Positions 28,238 to 39,026 of a stretch of DNA of 64,000 nucleotides are shown here, one piece after another (positions within the stretch are counted from its first letter, which is position 1; each line of letters starts with the position of its first letter). The notes under the pieces are model-generated. The model saw only the letters and a program-made list of their open reading frames with translations, had not been told where the DNA came from and searched no databases. Origin of the DNA: Myxococcales bacterium (GTDB taxonomy: Bacteria > Myxococcota_A > UBA9042 > JABWCM01 > BTVJ01); NCBI GenBank assembly GCA_045863395.1, contig BTVJ01000005.1, positions 1 through 64,000 on the forward strand, read 5' to 3'. The position numbers and the translations under genes are program-made.

Positions 28238-31200
28238 CTACGGGGTACACCCCGCCAGGGCCGTCGACACGCAGCGGCCCGTTGACCCGTCGCACTGATC
28301 CGCGCGGCAGGGGTCTCCGGTGTCGCACGCCGCGGGTCCCGTGCAGGCGCCCGCGCAGCCCGGCATCAGGGAGTGGGAGCAGGTGGCGACCCCGCCCTGG
28401 GCGACGCAGGTGTCCAGAGTGCAGGGGTTGGCATCGTCGCAGGTGTTGACCCGGAGCGAGCAGACCCCTCCCTCGCAGGCGGACGTGGTGCAGGGGTTGG
28501 AGTCGCCGCAGTCGGCCACCGTGGCGCAGGGCGCCGCGCACGCCAGGTTGGGGAGCACGACGCAGCCGACCTTCGCAGAGCAGGAGGCGCTGTCACAGGC
28601 GAGACCCGAGGAGCACGCAAGGGGCCCCCAGGTGCACTGCCCGAGCGCCGTGTTGCAGGAGTCCACCGTACACTGGACGCCGTCCTGGCACTCGGCGTCG
28701 GCAACGCAGGCCTTGCACCCGCCGTTGGGGATGTGGTTGCAGGCGCCATTGGTGCACCCGTCCAGGGTGCAGGGGTCCCCGTCGTCGCACTGGGCGGCCG
28801 CCGTGCAGCCCGCGCAACCGGGAGCCGCAAGGTTGACACAAGCCCCCGTGAGAGCGTCGCAGGCGTCGGTCGTGCAGGGGTCACCGTCGCCGCAGCTCAC
28901 GAGAGCGTGGGCGCAGGCGCCATCCTGGCACAGGTCGAGCGTGCAGGGATCACCATCCAGGCACTGGGCGCCTGTCGTACAGCCCGAGCAACCGGCGACT
29001 GGAGCGTGGGCGCAGGGGTCACCCGCGGCCCCCGGATCGCACGAGTCCACGGTGCAGGGGTCGCCGTCGCCGCAGCCGAAGGTCGCGTGGGCGCAGGCGC
29101 CCGACGCCAGATCGCAGCCGTCCAGGGTGCAGGGGTCGCCGTCGTCGCACGCGAGCGGCGGGTTGGTGCAGAGCCCGCCCTCGCAGCCTTCGCCGGTGCA
29201 CGGGTCGCCGTCGTCGCACTGCGCGTCGGTGGTGCAGCCGGAGCACCCGCTGAGCGGCTGGTGCACGCAGGCCCCCGTTGCCGCGGCGCAGCCATCCACC
29301 GTGCAGGGGTCTCCGTCAGTGCAGCTCTTCGGTACGTGGGCGCACAGAGCGAACGGGGTGCAGGTGTCCGTAGTGCAGGCGTTGCCGTCGTCGCAGTCCA
29401 CGTCGGCTGCGCACTCGGCGCAGCCTGGGATGGCGAGGTGGGCGCAGGCACCCGTGCCAGGCACACACGTGTCCAGGGTGCAGTCGTTGCCGTCCTCGCA
29501 GCTCGCGGAGGCGTGGGCGCAGGTCCCGTTCGCGTCGCAGGTGTCGACGGTACACAGGTCGCCGTCGTCGCACGCCGGCGCGTAGGAGCAGGCCCCCGTG
29601 GCCAGCGCGCAGGCGTCGGTCGTGCAGGGTTCGTCGTCGTCGCACGCGGGCCCGTGAGCACACACGCCTGCCGCGCAGGTGTCCGCCGTGCACGGGTTCC
29701 CGTCGTCGCAGCCGGGCGCGGCGTTGACGCAGCCCGCCGCCGGGTCGCAGGAGTCCACGGTGCAGGCCTCCCCATCGTCGCAGCTCGTCGGCAGGTGCTG
29801 GCACCCGAGGGCGGGGGAGCAGGCGTCCGCCGTACACGCGTCGCCATCGTCGCAGGGAAGCAGGGAGTGGGCACACCCTCCCCCAGCGCAGGTGTCCGCC
29901 GTGCAGGCGTCGCCGTCGTCGCACGAGGTCACCACGTGGACGCAGCCCATGGCCCCGCAGGTGTCCGCCGTGCAGGCGTCTCCGTCGTCGCAGGGCAGCG
30001 GAGCGTGGACACAGCCGGCACCGCACGAGTCGACCGTGCAGGGATCCCCGTCGTCGCATGGGACGACGGCGTGCGTGCAGCCCGACGAGGGATCGCACCC
30101 GTCCGCCGTGCACGGATCGCCGTCGTCGCAGGACGCCGGGGCCTGGGCACAGCCCGCGAGCGGGTCACAGAGGTCGTCCGTGCATGGGTTCAGGTCGTCG
30201 CAGCTCACGAGCCCATGGGCGCAGGCGCCCACTCCAGTGCAGGCATCCGCGGTGCACGAGTCGCCGTCGTCACAGTCAATCGCGGTGGTGCAGCCCGCTC
30301 CGACAGGAGCGTGGGTGCACACGCCGGTGGCGGCATCACAGGTGTCCACCGTCGCGGGATCACCGTCGTTGCATGACGGGACGGCCTCGCACACCGGCAC
30401 CCCGTCGACACTCGCGCAGGAGTCGGTCGTGCAGGGATCGCCATCGTCACAGGGCCAAGGTGCAAACGCGCAAGCTCCAGTCAGCGGGTCGCACCCGTCG
30501 GTCGTGCAGGGGTCACCGTCGGTGCAATCCGGGCTCTCGTGCACACAGACACCCGTGAAGGGCCAGCACGAGTCCGCGGTGCATGGGTCGCCGTCATCAC
30601 AGGGGACCGCAGCATGGACACAAACGCCGCCGGCGCACCAGTCCGCCGTGCAGGGCACGCCGTCGTCACAGAGAAGCGGCATGTGCGCACACGCGCCCGT
30701 GGCCGGGTCGCACCCGTCGTCCGTACATGCGTCGCCGTCGTCGCAGCTCACGCCCTCGCACAGGCCCGCGGGCTGGTGGACACAGGCCGCGGCCACGCAG
30801 TCGTCGAGGGTGGACGGGTCGCCGTCGTCGCAGTCGGCGTCGGTGAGGCAGCAGCCCGGGACGGGCGCCCCGGGCAGGCACTGGCCTCCTCCGCAGTGGT
30901 CACCTGCCGTGCACGGGTCGCCGTCTGAGCACGCTGCGCCCTCGGGGCACGGGCCGGCGTCCGGCGCCGAGACGTCCTGTGGGCCCACCGCATCCGCGAC
31001 GTCGACCGTGTCCGGCGTGTCCCCGTCGCTCGCTGAGTCTGCCTGGCCGCCATCCGGGGTGCCTCCGTCCGGATCACCCCCGGCGTCGCCTGGGTCTGCG
31101 CCAGCGTCTCCCGCGTCGCCGGCGACGCCCGAATCCTCTTCCAGCGCGTCGGCAGCGTCTGCGAGGCCCGAGTCTCCTGCCGCGTCGCCACCGCCGCCGC

Positions 31201-31390
31201 TGTCCAAGGAATCTCCCAGACCCGGCACATCCTCGGCGCCCCCGTCTCGGGTGTCGTCGTCACCGGCCGCCCCGTCGAGTGTGTCAGCCGCGCTCGGAGG
31301 GAGCTTCTCTGTCGGACCGGGACACCCCACCAGCGCCACGCACAGTACAAACAGGGTGGTGGCTCGGACGCTCGGCAATCTCATGCTCAT
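28238..31390 (-). CDS. Giant Cys/Asp-rich lipoprotein with about 33 CDDGDPCTxDxC (Dicty_CTDC-like) repeats
   Basis: Lipobox 'ALVGC', acidic linker, repeats counted in the translation. Start could be 31384. Confidence 0.88.
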   Translation of the reverse strand: MSMRLPSVRATTLFVLCVALVGCPGPTEKLPPSAADTLDGAAGDDDTRDGGAEDVPGLGDSLDSGGGGDAAGDSGLADAADALEEDSGVAGDAGDAGADPGDAGGDPDGGTPDGGQADSASDGDTPDTVDVADAVGPQDVSAPDAGPCPEGAACSDGDPCTAGDHCGGGQCLPGAPVPGCCLTDADCDDGDPSTLDDCVAAACVHQPAGLCEGVSCDDGDACTDDGCDPATGACAHMPLLCDDGVPCTADWCAGGVCVHAAVPCDDGDPCTADSCWPFTGVCVHESPDCTDGDPCTTDGCDPLTGACAFAPWPCDDGDPCTTDSCASVDGVPVCEAVPSCNDGDPATVDTCDAATGVCTHAPVGAGCTTAIDCDDGDSCTADACTGVGACAHGLVSCDDLNPCTDDLCDPLAGCAQAPASCDDGDPCTADGCDPSSGCTHAVVPCDDGDPCTVDSCGAGCVHAPLPCDDGDACTADTCGAMGCVHVVTSCDDGDACTADTCAGGGCAHSLLPCDDGDACTADACSPALGCQHLPTSCDDGEACTVDSCDPAAGCVNAAPGCDDGNPCTADTCAAGVCAHGPACDDDEPCTTDACALATGACSYAPACDDGDLCTVDTCDANGTCAHASASCEDGNDCTLDTCVPGTGACAHLAIPGCAECAADVDCDDGNACTTDTCTPFALCAHVPKSCTDGDPCTVDGCAAATGACVHQPLSGCSGCTTDAQCDDGDPCTGEGCEGGLCTNPPLACDDGDPCTLDGCDLASGACAHATFGCGDGDPCTVDSCDPGAAGDPCAHAPVAGCSGCTTGAQCLDGDPCTLDLCQDGACAHALVSCGDGDPCTTDACDALTGACVNLAAPGCAGCTAAAQCDDGDPCTLDGCTNGACNHIPNGGCKACVADAECQDGVQCTVDSCNTALGQCTWGPLACSSGLACDSASCSAKVGCVVLPNLACAAPCATVADCGDSNPCTTSACEGGVCSLRVNTCDDANPCTLDTCVAQGGVATCSHSLMPGCAGACTGPAACDTGDPCRADQCDGSTGRCVSTALAGCTP

Positions 31391-31393
31391 CCT

Positions 31394-32020
31394 CTATTTG
31401 CAGCCCGTGCGGCTCTCGATCCAGCCCCGTGTCCGCAGCCCGGGGCTCCGGGAGTCTCCCACGGCGAAGGTTGGCAGCTCCTTGATCCCGAGGGCGTCGC
31501 AGTTTCCCGGCCCGACCGTGCAGTCCACGGCCAGGCGCCGGGCAAAGGCCCCGAGCTGGGTGAGCTGGGCGGCGCTGGCGCCGTCACTCGGGTTGACGAA
31601 CACGCGCACGCCCTGCTCCAGCAGACAGGTGGCGAAGCGCCGGTCGGCCAGGAGCTGCTCCCTGCGCGCCTCCACCTCGACGAGCCCGTCCGCGACGTAC
31701 TGCCCGTCCCGAGACGCCCACACCACCTGTGTCCGGGGCTCGTCCGTCCCGATCTGGATCAGCAGCCGCAGGAGCCCGCTGCGCTCCGTCACGTCCAGCA
31801 CGGTGACCGGCGCGTCGGCGGCGAGGGTGAACAGCTCCTCGACGGTGCGGCGCACGTCGGTGATCGGGGGAGGCTCCAACACGACGGCGGAGGCGTCACG
31901 AGCAGCGGGCACCGCCATGACTGGCGCCGGGTCCACCTGCGCTGGCGCCCCAGCGCCGGGCTGGCCGCACCCCACCAGCAGCACCGCTACTGCGCCCGGA
32001 ACGAGCAAGGCCTGCAGCAC
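31394..32020 (-). CDS. Lipoprotein with DsbC-N-like domain and thioredoxin-like domain lacking CxxC
   Basis: GAGGAG RBS and GTG 32020 inside the mostly spurious 991-aa ORF. Lipobox 'LLVGC', 'VTERSGLLRL..VWASRDGQYV', 'FATCLLEQGVRVF..VDC..CDALGIKELPTF..TGCK'. Confidence 0.75.
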   Translation of the reverse strand: MLQALLVPGAVAVLLVGCGQPGAGAPAQVDPAPVMAVPAARDASAVVLEPPPITDVRRTVEELFTLAADAPVTVLDVTERSGLLRLLIQIGTDEPRTQVVWASRDGQYVADGLVEVEARREQLLADRRFATCLLEQGVRVFVNPSDGASAAQLTQLGAFARRLAVDCTVGPGNCDALGIKELPTFAVGDSRSPGLRTRGWIESRTGCK

Positions 32021-34362
32021 TTGAACTCCTCGATGCAATAGACCGACCCCGTGCACGACTGGTAGTAGCCGACCATGAAATAGCCGTCGCCGTTGCACGT
32101 GCCCCAGTTGGGGCTGTCGAAGGTCCCCCAGTGGTTGTGGTTGTAGCAGTCGCACCACGCGGTCGCCTTGCCGTAGAACGTGCCCGTGACGTGCAGGTCC
32201 ACGTTGGCGCCGTTGCCACCGATCCAGACCCGGTGCGTGGAGAGGCTCGAGTTTCCCCGCCCATAGCCCGCCAGGTAGACGGCGTTCTTGTCCCACCCGT
32301 GGTAGGTTCCGATCATGTGGTGGCTGTAGCCACCGTAGGCCGAGCTGAACACCCCGTCGAAACCCTGCACCTGGGCGTGGGGGAAGGTCGCGGTCCCGCC
32401 CGTGGAGAGCTCGCTCTCCACGCGGGCGTTGCCGTTGACGTGGAGCTTGTACCCAGGGCTGTTGGTGCCCACCCCGAGGGAGCCGTAGACCGCGACCCGC
32501 CCGTCGTCGAGGCGGATCTGCATCACGGAGGTGGTGGTGGTGGTTCCCTCCGGGCCTGCCTCGCTCCACTGCTGGAAGCCCGCCCCGTCGCGGCGGGTGA
32601 AGTGGAAGGTGTTGGGGCCGTTGTCGTGGTAGATACCCCAGGAGTGGTAGGGCCCGAAGTCCGCGAAGAGGCGCGTGTTGCCCTCCCCGGTGACCTGGCG
32701 TACTGCGATCTGGCCGCCCGTCACCTCGTGCCACTGCATCCGTGCCGGGCCGTTGACATCGAGCTTCGCCCCGGGACTGGCCGTCCCGATGCCGACGCTC
32801 CCGTAGAAGGTGGCGCCACCCGAGTCCAGGTCGATGCGCGCCACCGACGTGGTGGTGGTCGTCCCCTCGGGCCCTGCCTCGCTCCACTGCTGGAAGCCCG
32901 CCCCGTCCCTGCGGGTGAAGTGGAGTCGGTTCGGGCCGTTCTCGTGGTAGATGCCCCACGAGTGGTGGGGACCGTAGTCGGCGAAGATGCGCGTGTCGCC
33001 CTCGGCGCTGACCTGTCGCACGGCGATCTGCCCCGCCGTGACCTCGTGGCGCAGCATGGTCGCGACGCCGCTCACCGCGAGGCTCCCCGTGATGGCGCTG
33101 TTCGCCCCCGCGAGGACGCCCCCCTCGATGCGCAGGGCCGCCGTGCCGCTGTTGCTGTGGATGCGCACCTCCGTGTCGCCCTCGGTGCGGATCGACGGGA
33201 AGCCCCCCCAGCTCTTGTCGAGCTGGAGGCCGGCGCCCCCTGCTGAGAGGATGCCGGCGAAGACGCCATCGCCAGCGTAGAGGGGGCGCCAGTCCGTGTG
33301 CTCCTGGTTGCGGACCCGCAGGCCCGAGGACACGCGGGTGGTGATCCACCCGTCGTTCTGGTCGTAGAACCCGCCGTCGTCCGAGACGCGCACGAAACAT
33401 CCGGTGGCGTTGGCCGTGCAGGACTGGATGGACCCCGACAGGCTCAAGTTGCCGCTCAGGGTGGGGTTGGCCTCGATCTCCGCCCCCGCGACGCACCCGG
33501 AGCAGGCGAGGTCGGTTGCCGCCCCGCCTTTGGTCGCGCTCCCGGCGTAGTTGAAGGCTACGTCGGCCGACCCGACGGACCCGTCGGTGATGTGGCCCGA
33601 CGTGATCGCGTTGGCGGCGAGGTCGGTGCCGCCGACGCACCCGGAGCAAGCGAGATCGGCCGCAGCCCCCCCTTTGGAGGTGCCGGCAGCCCAGGCGAAG
33701 TCCACCTCCCCCGTGGAGACGCACGTGGTGCAGGCCACGTCCGAGGCACCCCCGCCCTTGGTGGCGCTCCCGGCGTAGTTGAAGGACACCTCCGTCTCGG
33801 CGACGCAGCCCGAGCACGCCAGATCGGCGGCCGGCCCGCCCTTCGAGCCGCTGCCAGCGTAGTTGAAGCCGGCCTTGGCGGAGGTCACGGCACCGTCGGC
33901 CAGGTGGGCGGCAGAGACGACGCCCGGACCGATGGCGAGCCCCGAGATGCACCCGGTGCAGCTCACGGCGCTTGCCGTGTCCGCCGACGCTGCGTGCCGC
34001 GCCTCGAAGGCATAGGCGGAGCTGAGCAGGCGCTGGCGGGGGAGCGGCGCCTCGGCGCCCACCTGGGTCTCCAGCCACAGGGAGGGGTTCGCCTCGAACA
34101 GGTTGGCAGGCGACACGGAGAGCTGCGCGGCGAAGACGCCGTCGGCCACCACGACGCCGCTGAGCGCCTGGGTCCACAGCGCGGCCCCGCCCGTCTCCGC
34201 GGCGAACAGCCGGAAGGTCACGGTGTACGTCCCGTTGGCCGGGCTCCCGCCCGCCGTGGTGAAGGTGCCCTGCACCTGCATGAGCGAGGGCACGTCGGCG
34301 GACGCCGAGCCCAGGAGCGCAAGCGACGCCAGGAGACCGAGGAGCCAGGAGGAGCGCGACAT
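31987..34362 (-). CDS. Secreted mosaic fibre/adhesin-like protein
   Basis: Signal peptide. N-domain 'QG..GTYTVTFRLF..LW..GVF..LWLE..PRQRLLSSAYAF'. Five CxxC units, four with FNYAGS.TKGG-like spacers. 'GSVGIGT.SPG.KL.VNG' fibre motifs. Cys-rich C-terminal tip. Confidence 0.8.
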   Translation of the reverse strand: MSRSSWLLGLLASLALLGSASADVPSLMQVQGTFTTAGGSPANGTYTVTFRLFAAETGGAALWTQALSGVVVADGVFAAQLSVSPANLFEANPSLWLETQVGAEAPLPRQRLLSSAYAFEARHAASADTASAVSCTGCISGLAIGPGVVSAAHLADGAVTSAKAGFNYAGSGSKGGPAADLACSGCVAETEVSFNYAGSATKGGGASDVACTTCVSTGEVDFAWAAGTSKGGAAADLACSGCVGGTDLAANAITSGHITDGSVGSADVAFNYAGSATKGGAATDLACSGCVAGAEIEANPTLSGNLSLSGSIQSCTANATGCFVRVSDDGGFYDQNDGWITTRVSSGLRVRNQEHTDWRPLYAGDGVFAGILSAGGAGLQLDKSWGGFPSIRTEGDTEVRIHSNSGTAALRIEGGVLAGANSAITGSLAVSGVATMLRHEVTAGQIAVRQVSAEGDTRIFADYGPHHSWGIYHENGPNRLHFTRRDGAGFQQWSEAGPEGTTTTTSVARIDLDSGGATFYGSVGIGTASPGAKLDVNGPARMQWHEVTGGQIAVRQVTGEGNTRLFADFGPYHSWGIYHDNGPNTFHFTRRDGAGFQQWSEAGPEGTTTTTSVMQIRLDDGRVAVYGSLGVGTNSPGYKLHVNGNARVESELSTGGTATFPHAQVQGFDGVFSSAYGGYSHHMIGTYHGWDKNAVYLAGYGRGNSSLSTHRVWIGGNGANVDLHVTGTFYGKATAWCDCYNHNHWGTFDSPNWGTCNGDGYFMVGYYQSCTGSVYCIEEFKCCRPCSFRAQ
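32431..33049 (-). repeat. Tandem intragenic duplication, 318-bp (106-aa) period
   Basis: 'HEVT.GQIAVRQV..HSWGIYH.NGPN..HFTRRDGAGFQQWSEAGPEGTTTTTSV..GS.G.GT.SPG.KL.VNG' occurs twice. TCGCTCCACT at 32561 and 32879. Confidence 0.92.
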
Positions 34363-34619
34363 CGTCCACCTCGACGGTTGGGGCAGCGTGGGGCGAATCC
34401 TATTCCTCCTGCTCCGGCGGCCGCAAGGGGGCGCGAGGCAGGCGCCACCATCCTGCTCTGCGGGCGTATCTGCGGCAGCTCGGGAGAGCCACTGCGAGTC
34501 AGCCGTCGGTTTCATCCCCGCCGGCACGGCCATGGACCCGACCCGGCCAGGTTGCGCAGCCAGGGCCCCAGGGATATCGTCCGCAGGCGAGGCGGACGCC
34601 CCGCCGCAGGAGGAGCCAC

Positions 34620-36281
<1,662 letters not shown>

Positions 36282-36623
36282 ACGAGCGCCGTGCGGTTGT
36301 CACATCTCCGGATGAAGACGGCGCCCCCGGATCCATTGCGAGCGACGAGGTCGCAGGCCCCGTCCAGGGTGGGGGCGACCACCACACGACGTCTTCGTTG
36401 CCCGCCGCGGACTGCGCGCTGCTCTTCCAGCACCTGGCCGCAGCCCTCCGTCCTCGTCGCGCCCGCAGACCCCAGACGCTCGGAGCGCACGCGCGGTGTG
36501 AGCGGCCCGGTGCTCGCCCAGCAGCAACGAGCCAAGCCCATCACTGGACATAGCCCGCAAGATCACCACAATTGCGCGGACGCGGCCCTGGTGGCCGCGC
36601 GCCCTGAAGCACTGGAGGCTCCG

Positions 36624-37949
36624 ATGGCAGACGCCCGCGGCAACAGCACGCACGCACCCGGCGGCGCCGACCTGCTCGCGGTGGGCTTCGGCATGTCCGT
36701 TGCCATGTGGGCGCTCGGCTACGTGGGGCGTCTCCCCGGGGTTGAGGCGCCCGGACCGCTCCTCGCTGTCGGGTTCGTTGCAGTCCTGGTGGCGGGCGGG
36801 CACCTCATCGGCCGCGCCACCCGCCGTGGCGCGCTCGGTGGTGCGCTGGCCGGAGCCCTGACCGCAACGTTGAACCTCCTCGTCGTCCTGAGCCTCGTCC
36901 GCTCGGACACCACTCCCCACGCGCCCTTCTCCCTCGCCAGCATCCCTGCCACCGTGCTCGGCACGGCCCTCGTGACGGCGGCCGCCGCGGCGTGGGGGGC
37001 GCGGACCCCCTCCCCCTCCACGCCGAACTGGACCGGCCGCTTCGCCGGCGTCGCCGCCGCGGCCACGCTGCTGCTCATCGGCGCGGGGGGCCTCGTCACG
37101 GGCCGCGAGGCTGGCCTGAGTGTCCCGGACTGGCCCGCCTCCTTCGGCAGCAACATGTTCCTCTACCCCCTCGCCCGCATGACTGGGAATATCTACTACG
37201 AGCACACCCACCGTCTCTACGGCTCGCTGGTGGGGCTCACGACCTTCGCGCTGGCCATCCACCTCTGGCGCGTGGACAGCCGCCGGTGGCTCCGCGCGCT
37301 CGCGCTCGCGGCAGTAGTCGGGGTCGTGGCGCAGGGCTCCCTCGGGGGCCTGCGCGTCACGCTTGCAGACGCCGGAGGAGGCGTCCACACGGCGCTCGCC
37401 CACCACGAGACCACCATCTCGGCGACCCTCCGCGTGGCCCACGGAGTGCTCGGCCAGGTGTTCTTCGGGGTCATCGTGCTCCTCGCAGCGGCCACCTCCA
37501 GGGCCTGGCGCGCTGCGCCGGGCGTGGTCGCCAGCCTGGACCGGAGCCTCGCCCTCGCCCTCGTCTACGCGCTCGTCGGACAGCTCCTGCTTGGCGCGCT
37601 GCTCCGGCACCTGGCGGTGGACGCCATCTACCACATCGGCGCGGCGGGCGTCGTGACCCTCCTGGCGCTGTTCGCAGGAACGCGCGCGTGGGCGCTCCAC
37701 ACCTCCCCGCCGCTGCGCGCGTCGGGGGTCGCGGTGCTCCTGCTCGTGACGCTCCAGGTGCTGCTCGGGGTGGGCGCGTGGGTGGCGGTGTCCCTGTCGC
37801 CTCCGCACGACCCCACCACCTTCGACGCGCTGATCACCACCGCCCACCAGACCAACGGCGCCGCACTGCTCGCGGGCGCGGTCCTGGTCGCCGCCTTCAC
37901 CCACCTGCCCCAGGCCGTCCCCACCCAGGCACCCGCTGCCCTGGCCTGA
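36624..37949 (+). CDS. ctaA: Heme A synthase (COX15/CtaA family) with extra N-terminal membrane domain
   Basis: 'GGLVT..AGLSVPDWP', 'YEHTHRL', 'AHGVLGQ', 'YHIGAA', 'AHQTNGA' supply the four conserved His. GGAGG RBS. Confidence 0.85.
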   Translation: MADARGNSTHAPGGADLLAVGFGMSVAMWALGYVGRLPGVEAPGPLLAVGFVAVLVAGGHLIGRATRRGALGGALAGALTATLNLLVVLSLVRSDTTPHAPFSLASIPATVLGTALVTAAAAAWGARTPSPSTPNWTGRFAGVAAAATLLLIGAGGLVTGREAGLSVPDWPASFGSNMFLYPLARMTGNIYYEHTHRLYGSLVGLTTFALAIHLWRVDSRRWLRALALAAVVGVVAQGSLGGLRVTLADAGGGVHTALAHHETTISATLRVAHGVLGQVFFGVIVLLAAATSRAWRAAPGVVASLDRSLALALVYALVGQLLLGALLRHLAVDAIYHIGAAGVVTLLALFAGTRAWALHTSPPLRASGVAVLLLVTLQVLLGVGAWVAVSLSPPHDPTTFDALITTAHQTNGAALLAGAVLVAAFTHLPQAVPTQAPAALA

Positions 37950-38129
37950 ACTCGGGCCCTCACCAAGACGGGCACGTCCCGGAGACCAGCCCCTCAGGCG
38001 CGTGCCTTGTCGCTGCAAGGGAGGAGGCGGGAGCGGTGCGCCGGTGGCCCACCGTGCGGACGCGCAAACAGGGTCTGCCACAGACAGGAGGGAATTCGCC
38101 CCGCTCACGGGACAGAGCTTCCGAGGAAT

Positions 38130-39026
38130 CTACCAGGTGAGCCCGACGGATGCGGAGCCGCCGATCTCGAACAGCGCCTCGGGGTCGCCCCCGCTGGCGC
38201 CGTACATGCTGATCCCGACGCGCGGCCCGCGGAGCTCGGCGACGATGGCGGAGGTTCCCAGGCAGGCGGCGACTCGAAACCCGACCACCTCCAGGCCCGC
38301 CGACAGGCGCAGGATCACGTCTTCTCCAGACGGGAAGTACAGACCGAGCACCGTGTCCACGGCCGGAAGCGACAGCCAGGCCGTCACGCTGCCAGCCTGG
38401 AACAGTTGGACTGCGTCGTAGTATCGGAAGAAGGAGCCGCCGAGCTCCACGCCGTCCGTGCCGTTGTCGGACCCGATGCGAGAGTACCCGAGGACGAAGC
38501 CCGCCAGGTCGTCGCCGATGTAGCCGAGCACCTCTGTGAGCAAGCCCGTGGCACCCGAGTCGAGCAGCTTGACCTCGCTGAGGCGTACGACCACAGCGCC
38601 GACGGAGGGGTCGGGGGGCACCGGCGGCGGCGGCGGCACGATGGGCCGGAGCTGCTGACCGCCTGCGCCGAAGTAGGGCAAGTCGGCGCCGGGAACCTCA
38701 ACGACGCCCCCGCCCGCCGCGGGGGCAATGCCCGTCACGGGACCGCCCTGAAGCGTACCAGCCAGCCCCCCACCGAGCTGGGCCCGCACGGCCTCGAGCT
38801 CCTTCACCCGCGCCTGGAGGGCAGCGACCTCCGCCGCGGAAGCCCCCCGCATCTGCGCCTTGGCCAGAGCTGCGTAGGCGGCCTCGATCTGCCCGTCCAC
38901 CGCGCTCGAAGAGGGGACCTCGGCAGCGGGCGCCGACCTGGCCCCCTGGAAGGCCGCCCCACACCCGCCTCCCACGACCCCCAGGATGGACGCTGCCGTC
39001 CAAAGAGCTGTCGTCTGGACTCTCAT
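38130..39026 (-). CDS. Hypothetical lipoprotein with coiled N-region and beta-rich C-terminus (possible OM barrel)
   Basis: Lipobox-like 'VGGGC', ATGA coupling to the upstream gene, ends 'EIGGSASVGLTW'. Confidence 0.6.
   Translation of the reverse strand: MRVQTTALWTAASILGVVGGGCGAAFQGARSAPAAEVPSSSAVDGQIEAAYAALAKAQMRGASAAEVAALQARVKELEAVRAQLGGGLAGTLQGGPVTGIAPAAGGGVVEVPGADLPYFGAGGQQLRPIVPPPPPVPPDPSVGAVVVRLSEVKLLDSGATGLLTEVLGYIGDDLAGFVLGYSRIGSDNGTDGVELGGSFFRYYDAVQLFQAGSVTAWLSLPAVDTVLGLYFPSGEDVILRLSAGLEVVGFRVAACLGTSAIVAELRGPRVGISMYGASGGDPEALFEIGGSASVGLTW

Noticed and set aside
28238..30960. CRISPR-like periodic GTCGTCGCA repeats
   Set aside because: They are degenerate codons of the CDDGD protein repeat within one ORF, not identical repeats with unique spacers.
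32431..33049. Diversity-generating retroelement TR/VR pair
   Set aside because: Both copies are in-frame in one gene, differences are not adenine-specific, and no reverse transcriptase is present.
32021..34369. N-terminal 783 codons of the 991-aa ORF 31394-34369
   Set aside because: Out-of-frame shadow of the fibre gene. Only the part from GTG 32020 has an SD and protein-like content.
36282..36623. Small gene in the 340-bp gpmI-ctaA spacer
   Set aside because: No frame gives a recognisable protein or SD-supported start.
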